Program-made: the position numbers and the translations under genes
Notes under the pieces: model-generated
What the model was told of the DNA's origin: nothing
What the model saw: only the letters and a program-made list of their open reading frames with translations
The model's database searches: none
Sequence record: OQ689735.1
Strand: one strand, 5' to 3'
DNA: 64,000 nt
Origin: Escherichia phage 4E10
Shown: piece by piece, positions 42,941 through 54,287 of the stretch
How the letters are laid out: every line of letters starts with the position of its first letter
Position numbering within the stretch: position 1 is the stretch's first letter

Positions 42941-43593
42941 TAATACTTACAAGATTTCACAGTTTCAATGAAAACACTTTTAGCTTTCTGTGAATCAATA
43001 TTTAAAATTTTTCTATAAGCCTTTAACTTTATAGAATAATTATTCCAGACTAAATTATCAGTCTGTTCATCGTGTTTATCAATTATATTTAAAAACGAAT
43101 CAAGCAAGATAAACGTTTCAAACGAAATTATGTTCGATTGAAGTAGTTTAAAAATATAGCTTGATTGAACCTTTGGATTATACTCAAAGATTTCTTTAAA
43201 AGCAGAAACTTCAACTTTTTTACTAAAATAATAAATGTTGCGAATATCTTCTTCAAACTTAAATTTAATTTGCTTTAAGCGCCCGATATATTCACGATAA
43301 AACACAAGTGCATCAGCGTCAGAGATGTCACCAATCCAAGCATCTTGGTTAGCAACCAAATTACTTATAAAAATTAAAGCAAGTTCCTTTAATTTATATT
43401 TTTCTGATAACTTCTGGAAAAAATACTTATCCCTTCGCTTTTGATAAGCGGCATCAGACACCCGCATGCACCAATTATACTTAATTACATCATACTTTCC
43501 ATTCATATGTTGTTTTATCATTAAGTATAATTTATAAACTGATTTACCATCAATATATCTTTCACCACCAGCAGGCATGCGGAGTTTAATCAT
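42940..43593 (-). CDS. 59: helicase loader gp59
   Basis: 217 aa, T4 gp59 length; directly upstream of gene 32 with no intervening ORF. Confidence 0.9.
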   Translation of the reverse strand: MIKLRMPAGGERYIDGKSVYKLYLMIKQHMNGKYDVIKYNWCMRVSDAAYQKRRDKYFFQKLSEKYKLKELALIFISNLVANQDAWIGDISDADALVFYREYIGRLKQIKFKFEEDIRNIYYFSKKVEVSAFKEIFEYNPKVQSSYIFKLLQSNIISFETFILLDSFLNIIDKHDEQTDNLVWNNYSIKLKAYRKILNIDSQKAKSVFIETVKSCKY

Positions 43594-43928
43594 AGTAGAA
43601 AATCTAATGTATTAGTTTTTTCACAACGAACAACAGAAGGACGTAAAAGATTTTCGTCAATGGCTTCTGACTGAATTTTTTCAATTATACCCGAAGGAAT
43701 AAATTTAGCAAATTGAGTTTCAGGAATAGAATTTTCTTCTAAGAATGCTGTTGTAGCTTCAAGATAACTCATTCCAAACTCTTCTACCATTTTTTCAATA
43801 ATAAATCCATTTTCTTGGCGGTCAAGAAGCTTTGCTATTTCATCCTTTTCTTTCTTAATTGAAAGTTCTTTTTCTGAAAGACCGGTCTCATCGACCGGAC
43901 GAATATCATTTAGAGAAAACTGTGTCAT
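43590..43928 (-). CDS. 33: late transcription co-activator gp33
   Basis: 112 aa from MTQFSLNDIRPVDETG; track start is 3 codons upstream. Confidence 0.85.
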   Translation of the reverse strand: MTQFSLNDIRPVDETGLSEKELSIKKEKDEIAKLLDRQENGFIIEKMVEEFGMSYLEATTAFLEENSIPETQFAKFIPSGIIEKIQSEAIDENLLRPSVVRCEKTNTLDFLL

Positions 43929-44175
43929 AAAGTTCAACTACCTCTTCAGTTTCAGCTTCAAACACATCACGGTTATCTTTATGATACAAAGCTAATAGAC
44001 GATTAAACATCTTACCATCAACGCCAAGTTCATCTTTGGCACGAATTCGAATATCTTTAATCAGTTCATTATAACCGGAAATTTTCAGTTTATGATCAGA
44101 TGCTTCTTTAATAAATTTAGCTAAGTCTTCGCCGTGGATAGCTTCATCAAATTCAACCATTTCTTTTTTAGTCAT
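43906..44175 (-). CDS. dsbA: double-stranded DNA-binding protein DsbA
   Basis: 89 aa at T4 dsbA position. Confidence 0.8.
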   Translation of the reverse strand: MTKKEMVEFDEAIHGEDLAKFIKEASDHKLKISGYNELIKDIRIRAKDELGVDGKMFNRLLALYHKDNRDVFEAETEEVVELYDTVFSK

Positions 44176-44183
44176 TATTCACC

Positions 44184-45101
44184 TCAAAATTCATTAATGC
44201 TATTAGTTAATTTAGAAAGACCCGCTTTTACAAAATATGAATAAATTTTGCCACGCGGTGGTAATTTATATGAATTATAGTAATTCACAATGTTTGAAGC
44301 AATATTATCAGGAATATAATCAAAATCAATTAGAACTAAATTTTCTTTATAACGATTATATTCAGATTCTGTGAGAAGCACCTTAGCTTGCTCACGGTCA
44401 TTAGCAATAGCTTCAACGATTGAAGTTTTCATTGAAGGAGTTCGTTCACCTTCAACTCTGGTAAACCAAAAGTCAGATCGTACTTTAACTGAAGCAACGT
44501 TATCCTTTTTGTCGCCTTTAAGGATTTTAGTCATACAGTCAATTTCAGCAGAACCGCTTTTAATTTTAACCCATTTCTTATGCATCGGTGACCATTGCTT
44601 AACATTTGGGTATTTGTGAAGTTGAGTAAAGTCACCATCCGATGAAATGATTAAAATCTTATGTCCTTCTAAAGAGAACTTTTTAACAAGAACAGCAATG
44701 TGGTCATCTGCTTCATACTTATCAATATCCATAACAATGTATGGCATATAAGCTTTCAATTCATCTATAACTTTATGGCTGGATTCAAAATAACCTTCCC
44801 AGTCCCAAGTCGATTCTTCTCGTGCTTTTCCACGGTTTTTCTTATAATAATACGCGAAATCACGACGCCAATATCCAGATTTCGCGTTATCAATACACAG
44901 TACAATTTTAGTGTATCCAAGCGTTTTTGCTTTTTTGACATTAAACTTAATTGAGTTCAATATCAAATGACGAACCATTGATAAATTAATTTTTTCTTTA
45001 TCTGGGAAGTTTACAAGAGCAGTTGAAAGCGCAATTTGACTAAAGTCAATAAAGCAAATTCCTTCTTTATAATCTTCATCCAGCATCATTTCTAAATCCA
45101 T
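44184..45101 (-). CDS. rnh: RNase H (5'-3' exonuclease, FEN family)
   Basis: 305 aa from MDLEMMLDEDYKEG with GAGG RBS. Confidence 0.9.
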   Translation of the reverse strand: MDLEMMLDEDYKEGICFIDFSQIALSTALVNFPDKEKINLSMVRHLILNSIKFNVKKAKTLGYTKIVLCIDNAKSGYWRRDFAYYYKKNRGKAREESTWDWEGYFESSHKVIDELKAYMPYIVMDIDKYEADDHIAVLVKKFSLEGHKILIISSDGDFTQLHKYPNVKQWSPMHKKWVKIKSGSAEIDCMTKILKGDKKDNVASVKVRSDFWFTRVEGERTPSMKTSIVEAIANDREQAKVLLTESEYNRYKENLVLIDFDYIPDNIASNIVNYYNSYKLPPRGKIYSYFVKAGLSKLTNSINEF

Positions 45102-45130
45102 ATGAACCTCGTTCAATTAGTGAGATTTCT

Positions 45131-45159
45131 ATTATATACCATCCAAATCTTAAAGTAAA
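45131..45159 (-). promoter_or_regulatory. early promoter for rnh (TTTACT, 17 nt, TATAAT)
   Basis: minus strand GTTTACTTTAAG..N..TATAAT; back-to-back with gene 34 late promoter. Confidence 0.6.
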
Positions 45160-45163
45160 CAAG

Positions 45164-45171
45164 TATAAATA
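45164..45171 (+). promoter_or_regulatory. late promoter TATAAATA for gene 34
   Basis: exact TATAAATA 35 nt upstream of gene 34 ATG. Confidence 0.7.
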
Positions 45172-45205
45172 CTTATTATTGAAAACACAATAGGAGCCCG
45201 GGAGA

Positions 45206-48200
45206 ATGGCCGAGATTAAAAGAAAGTTCAGAGCAGAAGATGGTCTGGACGCAGGTGGTGATAAAATAATCAACGTAGCTTTAGCTGATCGTGCCGTAGG
45301 AACTGACGGTGTTAACGTTGATTACTTAATTCAAGAAAACACAGTTCAACAATATGATCCAACTCGTGGATATTTAAAAGATTTTGTAATCATTTATGAT
45401 AACCGCTTTTGGGCTGCTATAAATGATATTCCAAAGCCAGCAGGAGCTTTTAATAGCGTACGATGGAGAGCGTTACGTACTGATGCAAACTGGACAACCG
45501 TTTCATCAGGACCTTATCAATTAAAATCAGGTGAATCAATTTCAGTTGATACTGCAGCTGGTAATGACATTACATTTACTTTACCATCTACTCCAATTGA
45601 CGGTGATACTATCGTTCTCCAAGATATTGGAGGAAAACCTGGAGTTAATCAAGTTTTAATTACAGCTCCGGTACAAAGCATTGTAAACTTTAGAGGTCAA
45701 CAAGTACGCTCAGTACTAATGACTCATCCAAAATCACAGATAGTTTTAATTTTTAGTAATCGTCTGTGGCAAATGTATGTTGCTGATTATAGCAGAGAAG
45801 CGGCAGTTGTAACACCAGCAAGTCTTTATCAAGCGCAATCAAACGATTTTATCGTGCGTAGATTTACTTCTGCTTCAGCAATTAATATTAAACTTCCTAG
45901 ATTTGCTAATCATGGGGATATTATTAATTTTGTTGATTTAGATAAATTAAATCCGTTATATCATACTATCGTTACTACATACGATGAAACGACTTCAGTA
46001 CAAGAAGTTGGAACTCATTCTATTGAAGGCCGTACATCTATTGATGGTTTCTTAATGTTTGATGATAATGAGAAATTGTGGAGATTGTTTGACGGGGATA
46101 GTAAAGCACGTTTACGCATTATAACGACTAATTCTAATATTCGTCCAAATGAAGAAGTCATGGTATTTGGCGCGAATAATGGAACAACCCAAACAATTGA
46201 ACTTCAGCTTCCAACTGATATTTCTATCGGTGATACTGTTAAGATTTCCATGAATTATATGAGAAAAGGACAAACAGTTAAAATCAAAGCTGCCGGTGAA
46301 GATAAAATTGCTTCTTCAGTTCAATTGCTGCAATTTCCAAAACGTTCAGAATACCCACCTGAAACTAAATGGGTGACTGTTCAAGAATTAGTTTTTAATG
46401 GCGAAACCAATTATGTTCCAGTTTTACAGCTTGCTTATATCGAAGATTCCGATGGAAAATATTGGGTTGTACAGCAAAACGTTCCAACTGTAGAAAGAGT
46501 AGACTCTTTAAATAATTCTACTAGAGCAAGATTAGGCGTAATTGCTTTAGCTACACAGGCTCAAGCTAATGCTGATCTAGAAAATTCTCCACAAAAAGAA
46601 CTGGCAATTACTCCAGAAACGTTAGCTAATCGTACTGCTACAGAAACTCGTAGAGGTATTGCAAGAATAGCAACAACTGCGCAAGTAAACCAGGATACCA
46701 CATTCTCTTTTGCAGATGACCTTATCATCACTCCTAAAAAGTTGAATGAAAGAACTGCTACAGAAACTCGTAGGGGTGTCGCTGAAATTGCTACGCAGCA
46801 AGAAACAAACACAGGAACAGATGATACAACCATCATTACTCCTAAAAAGCTTCAAGCTCGTCAAGGTTCTGAATCATTATCTGGTATTGTAACTTTTGTA
46901 TCTACTGCAGGTGCTACTCCGGCTTCTAGCCGTGAATTAAATGGTACAAATGTTTATAATAAAAACACTAATAACTTAGTTGTTTCACCTAAAGCCTTGG
47001 ATCAGTATAAAGCTACTCCAACGCAACAAGGTGCAGTAATTTTAGCAGTTGAAAGTGAAGTAATTGCTGGACAAAGTCAGGAAGGATGGGCAAATGCTGT
47101 TGTAACGCCAGAAACGTTACATAAAAAGACATCAACTGATGGAAGAATTGGTTTAATTGAAATTGCTACGCAAAGTGAAGTTAATACAGGAACTGATTAT
47201 ACTCGTGCAGTCACTCCTAAAACTTTAAATGACCGTAGAGCAACTGAAAGTTTAAGTGGTATAGCTGAAATTGCTACACAAGTTGAATTCGACGCAGGCG
47301 TCGACGATACTCGTATCTCTACACCATTAAAAATTAAAACTAGATTTAATAGTACTGATCGTACTTCTGTTGTTGCTCTATCTGGATTAGTTGAATCAGG
47401 AACTCTCTGGGACCATTATACCCTTAATATTCTTGAAGCAAATGAGACACAACGTGGTACACTTCGTGTGGCTACACAAGTTGAAGCTGCTGCTGGAAAA
47501 TTAGATAATGTTTTAATAACTCCTAAAAAGCTTTTAGGTACTAAATCTACTGAAGCACAAGAAGGTGTTATTAAAGTTGCAACACAAACCGAAACTGTTG
47601 CTGGAACATCGGCAAATACTGCTGTATCTCCAAAAAATTTAAAATGGATTGTGCAGAGTGAACCTACTTGGGCAGCTACTACTGCAGTAAGAGGCTTTGT
47701 TAAAACTTCATCTGGTTCAATTACATTCGTTGGTAATGATACAGCCGGTTCTACTCAGGACTTAGAGCTATACGAGAAAAATAGCTATGCAGTATCACCA
47801 TACGAATTAAACCGTGTATTAGCAAATTATTTGCCATTAAAAGCAAAAGCTGCAGATAGTAATTTATTGGATGGTCTAGATTCATCTCAGTTCATTCGTA
47901 GGGATATTGCGCAGACGGTTAATGGTTCACTAACCTTAACTCAACAAACGAATCTGAGTGCCCCTCTTGTATCATCTAGTACTGCTACGTTCGGTGGATC
48001 AGTTTCAGCAAATAGTACATTAACTATTTCTAATACTGGAACAGCAACTCGATTGATTTTTGAGAAAGGACCTCAAACTGGAACAAACCCAGCCCAAACG
48101 ATGACTGTTAGAGTGTGGGGAAATCAATTTAGTGGGGAATTAGATACAACACGTTCTACCGTATTTGAAGTTAGTGATGAAACATCTAGTCATTTTTATT

Positions 48201-49075
48201 CTCAGCGCAATAAAGCCGGAAATATAACATTTAATATCAACGGTACAGTAACACCGATAAATGTTAATGCTTCAGGAACATTGAATGCAAATGGCGTAGC
48301 AACATTTGGTAATTCAGTCACTGCAACTGGTGAAATTATTTCTCGAAGCGCAAATGCTTTCCGTGCTATTAGCGGAAATTACGGTTTCATTGTTCGCAAT
48401 GATGGATCAGTAACGAATTTTATGCTTACTGCATCGGGTGATCAGACTGGTGGATTTAATGGATTACGCCCATTAGCTATTAATAATGCATCTGGCCAAG
48501 TAACGATTGGTGAAAGCTTAATCATTGCCAAAGGTGCTACTATAAATTCAGGTGGTTTGACTGTTAACTCGAGAATTCGTTCTCAAGGTACTAAAACATC
48601 TGATTTATATACCCGCGCACCAACATCTGATACTGTAGGATTCTGGTCAATTGATATTAACGATTCAGCTACTTATAACCAGTTCCCAGGTTATTTTAAA
48701 ATGGTTGAAAAAACTAATGAAGTGACTGGTCTTCCATATTTAGAACGTGGCGAAAAAGTTAAATCTCCTGGTACACTGACTCAGTTTGGTAACACACTTG
48801 ATTCGCTTTACCAAGATTGGATTACTTATCCAACAACGCCAGAAGCGCGTACCACTCGCTGGACACGTACATGGCAGAAAACCAAAAATTCTTGGTCAAG
48901 TTTTGTTCAGGTATTTGATGGAGGTAACCCTCCTCAACCGTCTGATATCGGTGCTTTACCATCTGATAATGCTACAATGGGTAATCTTACTATTCGTGAT
49001 TTCTTACGAATTGGTAATGTTCGCATTATTCCTGACCCAGTGAATAAAACTGTTAAATTTGAATGGGTTGAATAA
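45206..49075 (+). CDS. 34: long tail fibre proximal subunit gp34
   Basis: 1289 aa; internal repeat array of ~33-aa (V/I)TPxxLxxRxATE...IATQ units. Confidence 0.93.
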   Translation: MAEIKRKFRAEDGLDAGGDKIINVALADRAVGTDGVNVDYLIQENTVQQYDPTRGYLKDFVIIYDNRFWAAINDIPKPAGAFNSVRWRALRTDANWTTVSSGPYQLKSGESISVDTAAGNDITFTLPSTPIDGDTIVLQDIGGKPGVNQVLITAPVQSIVNFRGQQVRSVLMTHPKSQIVLIFSNRLWQMYVADYSREAAVVTPASLYQAQSNDFIVRRFTSASAINIKLPRFANHGDIINFVDLDKLNPLYHTIVTTYDETTSVQEVGTHSIEGRTSIDGFLMFDDNEKLWRLFDGDSKARLRIITTNSNIRPNEEVMVFGANNGTTQTIELQLPTDISIGDTVKISMNYMRKGQTVKIKAAGEDKIASSVQLLQFPKRSEYPPETKWVTVQELVFNGETNYVPVLQLAYIEDSDGKYWVVQQNVPTVERVDSLNNSTRARLGVIALATQAQANADLENSPQKELAITPETLANRTATETRRGIARIATTAQVNQDTTFSFADDLIITPKKLNERTATETRRGVAEIATQQETNTGTDDTTIITPKKLQARQGSESLSGIVTFVSTAGATPASSRELNGTNVYNKNTNNLVVSPKALDQYKATPTQQGAVILAVESEVIAGQSQEGWANAVVTPETLHKKTSTDGRIGLIEIATQSEVNTGTDYTRAVTPKTLNDRRATESLSGIAEIATQVEFDAGVDDTRISTPLKIKTRFNSTDRTSVVALSGLVESGTLWDHYTLNILEANETQRGTLRVATQVEAAAGKLDNVLITPKKLLGTKSTEAQEGVIKVATQTETVAGTSANTAVSPKNLKWIVQSEPTWAATTAVRGFVKTSSGSITFVGNDTAGSTQDLELYEKNSYAVSPYELNRVLANYLPLKAKAADSNLLDGLDSSQFIRRDIAQTVNGSLTLTQQTNLSAPLVSSSTATFGGSVSANSTLTISNTGTATRLIFEKGPQTGTNPAQTMTVRVWGNQFSGELDTTRSTVFEVSDETSSHFYSQRNKAGNITFNINGTVTPINVNASGTLNANGVATFGNSVTATGEIISRSANAFRAISGNYGFIVRNDGSVTNFMLTASGDQTGGFNGLRPLAINNASGQVTIGESLIIAKGATINSGGLTVNSRIRSQGTKTSDLYTRAPTSDTVGFWSIDINDSATYNQFPGYFKMVEKTNEVTGLPYLERGEKVKSPGTLTQFGNTLDSLYQDWITYPTTPEARTTRWTRTWQKTKNSWSSFVQVFDGGNPPQPSDIGALPSDNATMGNLTIRDFLRIGNVRIIPDPVNKTVKFEWVE
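46560..47650 (+). repeat. array of about nine degenerate ~100-bp coding repeats within gene 34
   Basis: repeated protein motif ITP(K/E)xLxxRTATETRRG..IATQ.E.N.GTDDT seen repeatedly. Confidence 0.7.
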
Positions 49076-49083
49076 GAGGTATT

Positions 49084-50199
49084 ATGGAAAAATTTATGGC
49101 AGAGTTTGGACAAGGATATGTCCAAACGCCATTTTTATCGGAAAGCAATTCAGTAAGATATAAAATAAGTATAGCGGGTTCTTGCCCGCTTTCTACCGCA
49201 GGACCATACGTTAAATTTCAAGATAATCCTGTAGGAAGTCAAACATTTAGTGCAGGTCTTCATTTAAGAGTTTTTGATCCTTCTACAGGAGCATTAGTTG
49301 ATAGTAAGTCATATGCTTTTTCTACTTCAAATGATACTACATCAGCTGCTTTTGTTAGTTTCATGAATTCTTTGACAAATAATAGAATTGTTGCTATATT
49401 AACTAGCGGAAAGGTTAATTTTCCTCCTGAAGTAGTATCTTGGTTAAGAACCGCCGGAACGTCTGCTTTTCCATCTGACTCTATATTGTCAAGATTTGAT
49501 GTATCATATGCTGCTTTTTATACTTCTTCTAAAAGAGCTATTGCATTAGAGCATGTTAAATTAAGTAATAGAAAAAGCACAGATGATTATCAAACTATTT
49601 TAGATGTTGTATTTGACAGTTTAGAAGACGTTGGAGCTACCGGGTTTCCAAGAAGAACATATGAAAGCGTTGAGCAGTTTATGTCAGCGGTTGGTGGAAC
49701 TAATAACGAAATTGCACGTCTACCAACTTCATCCGCGATAAGTAAACTTTCTGACTACAATTTAATTCCTGGCGATGTTCTTTATCTTAAAGCCCAGTTA
49801 TATGCTGATGCCGATTTACTTGCTCTTGGAACTACGAATATATCCATTCGATTTTATAATGAATCGGATGGATATATTTCTTCAACACAGGCTGAATTTA
49901 CCGGGCAAGCTGGATCTTGGGAATTAAAGGAAGATTATGTAGTTGTTCCAGAAAACGCTGTAGGATTTACGATATATGCACAAAGAACTGCACAAGCTGG
50001 TCAAGGCGGCATGAGAAATTTAAGCTTTTCTGAAGTATCAAGAAACGGCGGCATTTCAAAACCTGCTGAATTTGGCGTCAACGGTATTCGCGTTAATTAT
50101 GTCTGTGAATCCGCTTCGCCTCCAGATATAATGGTACTTCCTACACAAGCATCGTCTAAAACTGGTAAAGTGTTTGGACAAGAATTTAGAGAAGTTTAA
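49084..50199 (+). CDS. 35: long tail fibre hinge connector gp35
   Basis: 371 aa, directly after gene 34. Confidence 0.85.
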   Translation: MEKFMAEFGQGYVQTPFLSESNSVRYKISIAGSCPLSTAGPYVKFQDNPVGSQTFSAGLHLRVFDPSTGALVDSKSYAFSTSNDTTSAAFVSFMNSLTNNRIVAILTSGKVNFPPEVVSWLRTAGTSAFPSDSILSRFDVSYAAFYTSSKRAIALEHVKLSNRKSTDDYQTILDVVFDSLEDVGATGFPRRTYESVEQFMSAVGGTNNEIARLPTSSAISKLSDYNLIPGDVLYLKAQLYADADLLALGTTNISIRFYNESDGYISSTQAEFTGQAGSWELKEDYVVVPENAVGFTIYAQRTAQAGQGGMRNLSFSEVSRNGGISKPAEFGVNGIRVNYVCESASPPDIMVLPTQASSKTGKVFGQEFREV

Positions 50200-50204
50200 A
50201 TTGA

Positions 50205-50222
50205 GGGAGCCTTCGGGTTCCC
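50205..50222 (+). terminator. stem-loop gggagcc-ttcg-ggttccc followed by TTTTTC
   Basis: 7-bp stem (one G-U pair), UUCG loop, T-run, 5 nt after gene 35 stop. Confidence 0.6.
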
Positions 50223-50230
50223 TTTTTCTT

Positions 50231-50238
50231 TATAAATA
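50231..50238 (+). promoter_or_regulatory. late promoter TATAAATA for gene 36
   Basis: exact TATAAATA 24 nt upstream of gene 36 ATG. Confidence 0.7.
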
Positions 50239-50261
50239 CTATTAAAATAAAGGGGCATACA

Positions 50262-50918
50262 ATGGCTGATTTAAAAGTAGGTTCAACAACCGGAGGCTCT
50301 GTCATTTGGCATCAAGGAAATTTTCCATTGAATCCAGCCGGTGACGATGTACTCTATAAATCATTTAAAATATATTCAGAATACAATAAACCACAAGCTG
50401 CAGATAACGATTTCGTTTCTAAAGCTAATGGTGGTACTTATTTAAATAAAGTAATTTTTAATAAAGGAATGACTGTTCCTGGCGCAGGGTCAGGTGATAA
50501 TGGTATTTTTGCTGGTCCTGGTGATAGTGCCACGTATGATACTACAAATATGGATATTGTTTCGTGGTATGGTATTGGTTTTAAATCATCACAAGGAACA
50601 GCAGGTAGAACTGTAGTAATTAACACGCGAAATGGAGATATTAGCTCAAAGGGTGTAATTGAAGCATCACAAATCCGTGTAACTTCGTTATCACCAGTAA
50701 ATAATTATGACCTTACGCGGAAAGATTATGTTGATGGAGCAATAAATATTGTTACAGCAAACGCAAACTCTAGGGTATTACGCTCTGGAGACACTATGAC
50801 AGGAAATTTAACTGCGCCAAACCTTTTTTCACAGAATCCTGCATCTCAACCCTCACATGTTCCACGATTTGATCAAATTGTTATTAAGGATTCTGTTCAA
50901 GATTTCGGCTATTATTAA
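50262..50918 (+). CDS. 36: long tail fibre distal connector gp36
   Basis: 218 aa at gene 36 position. Confidence 0.85.
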   Translation: MADLKVGSTTGGSVIWHQGNFPLNPAGDDVLYKSFKIYSEYNKPQAADNDFVSKANGGTYLNKVIFNKGMTVPGAGSGDNGIFAGPGDSATYDTTNMDIVSWYGIGFKSSQGTAGRTVVINTRNGDISSKGVIEASQIRVTSLSPVNNYDLTRKDYVDGAINIVTANANSRVLRSGDTMTGNLTAPNLFSQNPASQPSHVPRFDQIVIKDSVQDFGYY

Positions 50919-50926
50919 GAGGACTT

Positions 50927-53900
50927 ATGGCTACTTTAAAACAAATACAATTTAAAAGAAGCAAAACTGCAGGAGCACGTCCTGCCGCTTCAGTATTAGC
51001 CGAAGGTGAATTGGCTATAAACTTAAAAGACCGTGTACTTTTTACTAAAGATGACCAAGGAAATATTATTGATCTGGGTTTTGCTAAAGGCGGTAGTATT
51101 GACGGGAATGTTATTCATACAGGCAATTATAACCAAACTGGCGATTATACTTTAAATGGTGTCTTCACTCAGACTGGTAATTTTAATTTAACTGGTATTG
51201 CTCGAGTAACTCGCGATATTATTGCCGCTGGGCAGATTATGACTGAAGGCGGAGAACTTATTACAAAAAGTTCAGGTACAGCGCATGTTCGTTTTTTCGA
51301 TAACAATAGTCGCGAACGCGGAATCATTTATGCCCCGGCTAATGATGGTTTAACTACACAAGTACTTAATATCAGGGTTCAAGACTACGCTGCTGGTAGC
51401 GAAAGCACTTATGCATTTTCAGGCAGTGGACTATTTACTTCACCTGAAGTATCAGCATGGAAATCTATTTCGTCTCCACAAATTCTAACCAACAAAGTCA
51501 TTACTAATAATAAATCTACGGGTGATTATGACATCTATTCGATGGCAGACAATGTTCCATGGTCTGAAAGCACTACTGCTATTAATCATCTTCGTGTCAT
51601 GCGTAATGCCGTTGGTTCTTATATTTTCCATGAAGTTAAAGATAATGATGGAATAACTTGGTATGCAGGTGATGGACTTGACACCTATCTTTGGTCATTT
51701 ACTTGGAGCGGCGGAATTAAATCGAGTCACTCAATTTCTATTGGTTTAACACCTGGTAATAAAGATTATTCAATATTAGGACCATCTAGTATTGCTTTAG
51801 GAGATAATGATACTGGATTTAAATGGCATCAAGATGGATATTATTTTAGCGTTAATAATGGAACAAAAACGTTTTTATTTAGTCCTAGCGAAACAACTAG
51901 CCTAAGAAAATTTGTAGCTGGATATTCTACTAACGGAACCGATTTAACTACTCCTCCAACTGAAAACTATGCATTAGCCACTGTTGTTACTTACCATGAT
52001 AATAACGCATACGGCGACGGTCAAACTCTTTTAGGATATTATCAAGGCGGTAACTATCATCATTATTTCCGCGGTAAAGGTACTACAAACATTAATACTC
52101 ACGGCGGTTTGTTAGTTACTCCTGGTAATATTGACGTTATTGGTGGTTCTGTTAATATCGATGGTAGAAATAATAATTCAACTTTAATGTTTAAAGGCTA
52201 TACCATGGGTCAAAGCTCCGTTGATAACATGTATATAGCTGTTTGGGGAAATACTTTTACTAATCCAAGTGAAGGCACCCGTAAAAATGTCATGGAAATT
52301 TCTGATGATATTGGATGGATGCATTATATTCAACGAACAACTGCAGGTAAAGTCGAATCGGTTCTAAACGGCACCCAGATTGTTAATGAAAACTTGACCG
52401 TAGTAAAAAATGCTACATTTGATGGTACAATCAGCGCAGCAGGTGAAATTTCATCTGGGGCTGTGAATGCGCTTCGTATTTGGAACGCAGATTATGGAGC
52501 TATTTTTAGACGTTCAGAAGGCAGTCTTCATATTATTCCAACTGCTTACGGTGAAGGTAAATATGGCGATATCGGTCCACTTCGCCCGTTTAGTATGGCT
52601 TTAGATACCGGTAAAGTTACTATTCCAGATTTACAATCAAGTTACAATACGTTTGCTGCTAACGGTTATATTAAATTTGTTGGTCATGGAGCGGGTGCCG
52701 GCGGTTATGACATTCAATATGCTCAAGCGGCTCCTATTTTCCAGGAAATTGATGATGATGCTGTAAGCAAATATTATCCTATTGTTAAACAGAAGTTTTT
52801 AAATGGTAAAGCTGTTTGGTCTTTAGGTACTGAAATTAGTTCAGGTACATTCGTTATTCATCATCTGAAAGAAGATGGTTCACAAGGCCATACGTCTCGT
52901 TTTAATCAAGACGGTACTGTTAACTTCCCAGATAACGTTTCTGTCGGCGGCGGCGAAGCTACTATTGCTCGCAATGGTAATATCTGGTCTGATATCTGGA
53001 AAACGTTTACTTCAGCAGGCGACGTAACTAATATTCGCGATGCAATAGCTACTCGTGTTGCTAAAGAAGGTGATACGATGACCGGTAGGTTGACTTTATC
53101 TGCTGGAAATGATGCCCTTGTTTTAACTGCAGGCACGGGCGCTTCATCGCACATCCGTAGTGATGTAGGTGGTACAAATAATTGGTATATAGGCAAAGGC
53201 GGCGGCGACAATGGTCTAGGTTTTTACAGTTACATTACACAAGGCGGTGTATACATAACAAATAACGGCGAAATAGCGCTTTCTCCTCAAGGACAAGGAA
53301 CGTTTAATTTTAATAGAGACCGCCTTCATATAAACGGTACACAATGGACCGCACACCAGGCTGGCGATTGGGGAAATCAATGGCGCCAGGAAGCTCCTGT
53401 ATTTGTGGATTTTGGTAATGTCGGTAATGATAGTTATTATCCTATTATTAAAGGAAAATCTGGTATTACTAATGAAGGGTATATATCTGGTGTAGATTTT
53501 GGTATGCGACGCATTCCTAATAACTGGGCACAAGGTATTATTCGTGTAGGTAATCAGGAAAACGGTTCCGACCCACAAGCTATCTTCGAATTCCACCATA
53601 ATGGAAACATGTACGTTCCTGACATGGTTAAAGCTGGAGTAAGAATATCAGCTGGTGGAGGTGACCCTGCATGGACAGGCGCATGTGTTGTTATTGGTGA
53701 TAATGACACCGGATTAGTTCATGGTGGTGACGGCCGAATCAATATGGTTGCCAATGGTATACATATTGCAAACTGGGGAGCAGGCTATCAATCTCATCCT
53801 GGGCTTTGGGATTCAACCGGTGCTTTTTGGACAGAAGTTGGAAGAGCTATCGTTTCTCATGGGCATCTCGTTCAGGCAAATGATAGTTATTCAACGTTTG

Positions 53901-54256
53901 TCCGTGATGTTTATGTCCGTTCTGATATTCGTGTTAAAAAAGACCTCGTTAAATTTGAAAATGCTTCTCAGAAGCTTTCTAAAATTAACGGTTACACTTA
54001 TATGCAGAAACGTGGAACGGACGAAGAAGGCAATCAGAAATGGGAACCTAACGCCGGTTTAATTGCTCAAGAAGTTCAAGCTATTTTACCAGAATTAGTT
54101 GAAGGCGACCCGGATGGTGAAGCTTTACTTCGTTTGAACTATAACGGTGTAATTGGTTTAAATACAGCTGCAATCAATGAGCATACTGCAGAAATTGCGG
54201 AACTTAAATCAGAAATTGAAGAACTTAAAGCATTAGTTAAATCATTGTTAAAATAA
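50927..54256 (+). CDS. 37: long tail fibre distal subunit gp37 with C-terminal intramolecular-chaperone domain
   Basis: 1109 aa; C-terminal ~120 aa resembles the autoproteolytic chaperone domain of phage fibre/tailspike proteins. Confidence 0.9.
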   Translation: MATLKQIQFKRSKTAGARPAASVLAEGELAINLKDRVLFTKDDQGNIIDLGFAKGGSIDGNVIHTGNYNQTGDYTLNGVFTQTGNFNLTGIARVTRDIIAAGQIMTEGGELITKSSGTAHVRFFDNNSRERGIIYAPANDGLTTQVLNIRVQDYAAGSESTYAFSGSGLFTSPEVSAWKSISSPQILTNKVITNNKSTGDYDIYSMADNVPWSESTTAINHLRVMRNAVGSYIFHEVKDNDGITWYAGDGLDTYLWSFTWSGGIKSSHSISIGLTPGNKDYSILGPSSIALGDNDTGFKWHQDGYYFSVNNGTKTFLFSPSETTSLRKFVAGYSTNGTDLTTPPTENYALATVVTYHDNNAYGDGQTLLGYYQGGNYHHYFRGKGTTNINTHGGLLVTPGNIDVIGGSVNIDGRNNNSTLMFKGYTMGQSSVDNMYIAVWGNTFTNPSEGTRKNVMEISDDIGWMHYIQRTTAGKVESVLNGTQIVNENLTVVKNATFDGTISAAGEISSGAVNALRIWNADYGAIFRRSEGSLHIIPTAYGEGKYGDIGPLRPFSMALDTGKVTIPDLQSSYNTFAANGYIKFVGHGAGAGGYDIQYAQAAPIFQEIDDDAVSKYYPIVKQKFLNGKAVWSLGTEISSGTFVIHHLKEDGSQGHTSRFNQDGTVNFPDNVSVGGGEATIARNGNIWSDIWKTFTSAGDVTNIRDAIATRVAKEGDTMTGRLTLSAGNDALVLTAGTGASSHIRSDVGGTNNWYIGKGGGDNGLGFYSYITQGGVYITNNGEIALSPQGQGTFNFNRDRLHINGTQWTAHQAGDWGNQWRQEAPVFVDFGNVGNDSYYPIIKGKSGITNEGYISGVDFGMRRIPNNWAQGIIRVGNQENGSDPQAIFEFHHNGNMYVPDMVKAGVRISAGGGDPAWTGACVVIGDNDTGLVHGGDGRINMVANGIHIANWGAGYQSHPGLWDSTGAFWTEVGRAIVSHGHLVQANDSYSTFVRDVYVRSDIRVKKDLVKFENASQKLSKINGYTYMQKRGTDEEGNQKWEPNAGLIAQEVQAILPELVEGDPDGEALLRLNYNGVIGLNTAAINEHTAEIAELKSEIEELKALVKSLLK

Positions 54257-54260
54257 TAAG

Positions 54261-54276
54261 AGGGGCTTCGGCCCCT
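54261..54276 (+). other. intercistronic GC hairpin aggggc-ttcg-gcccct between genes 37 and 38
   Basis: 6-bp stem with UUCG loop immediately before the gene 38 RBS; no T-run. Confidence 0.5.
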
Positions 54277-54287
54277 TGGAGGTTTAT

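Noticed and set aside
46561-46864. Two minus-strand ORFs of 80-91 aa inside gene 34
   Set aside because: They are antisense to a strongly supported 1289-aa structural gene, are Cys/Ser-rich low-complexity, and arise from the coding repeat array; no promoter or RBS.
52906-53599. Minus-strand ORFs of 101 and 127 aa inside gene 37
   Set aside because: Antisense to the tail-fibre gene with no expression signals.
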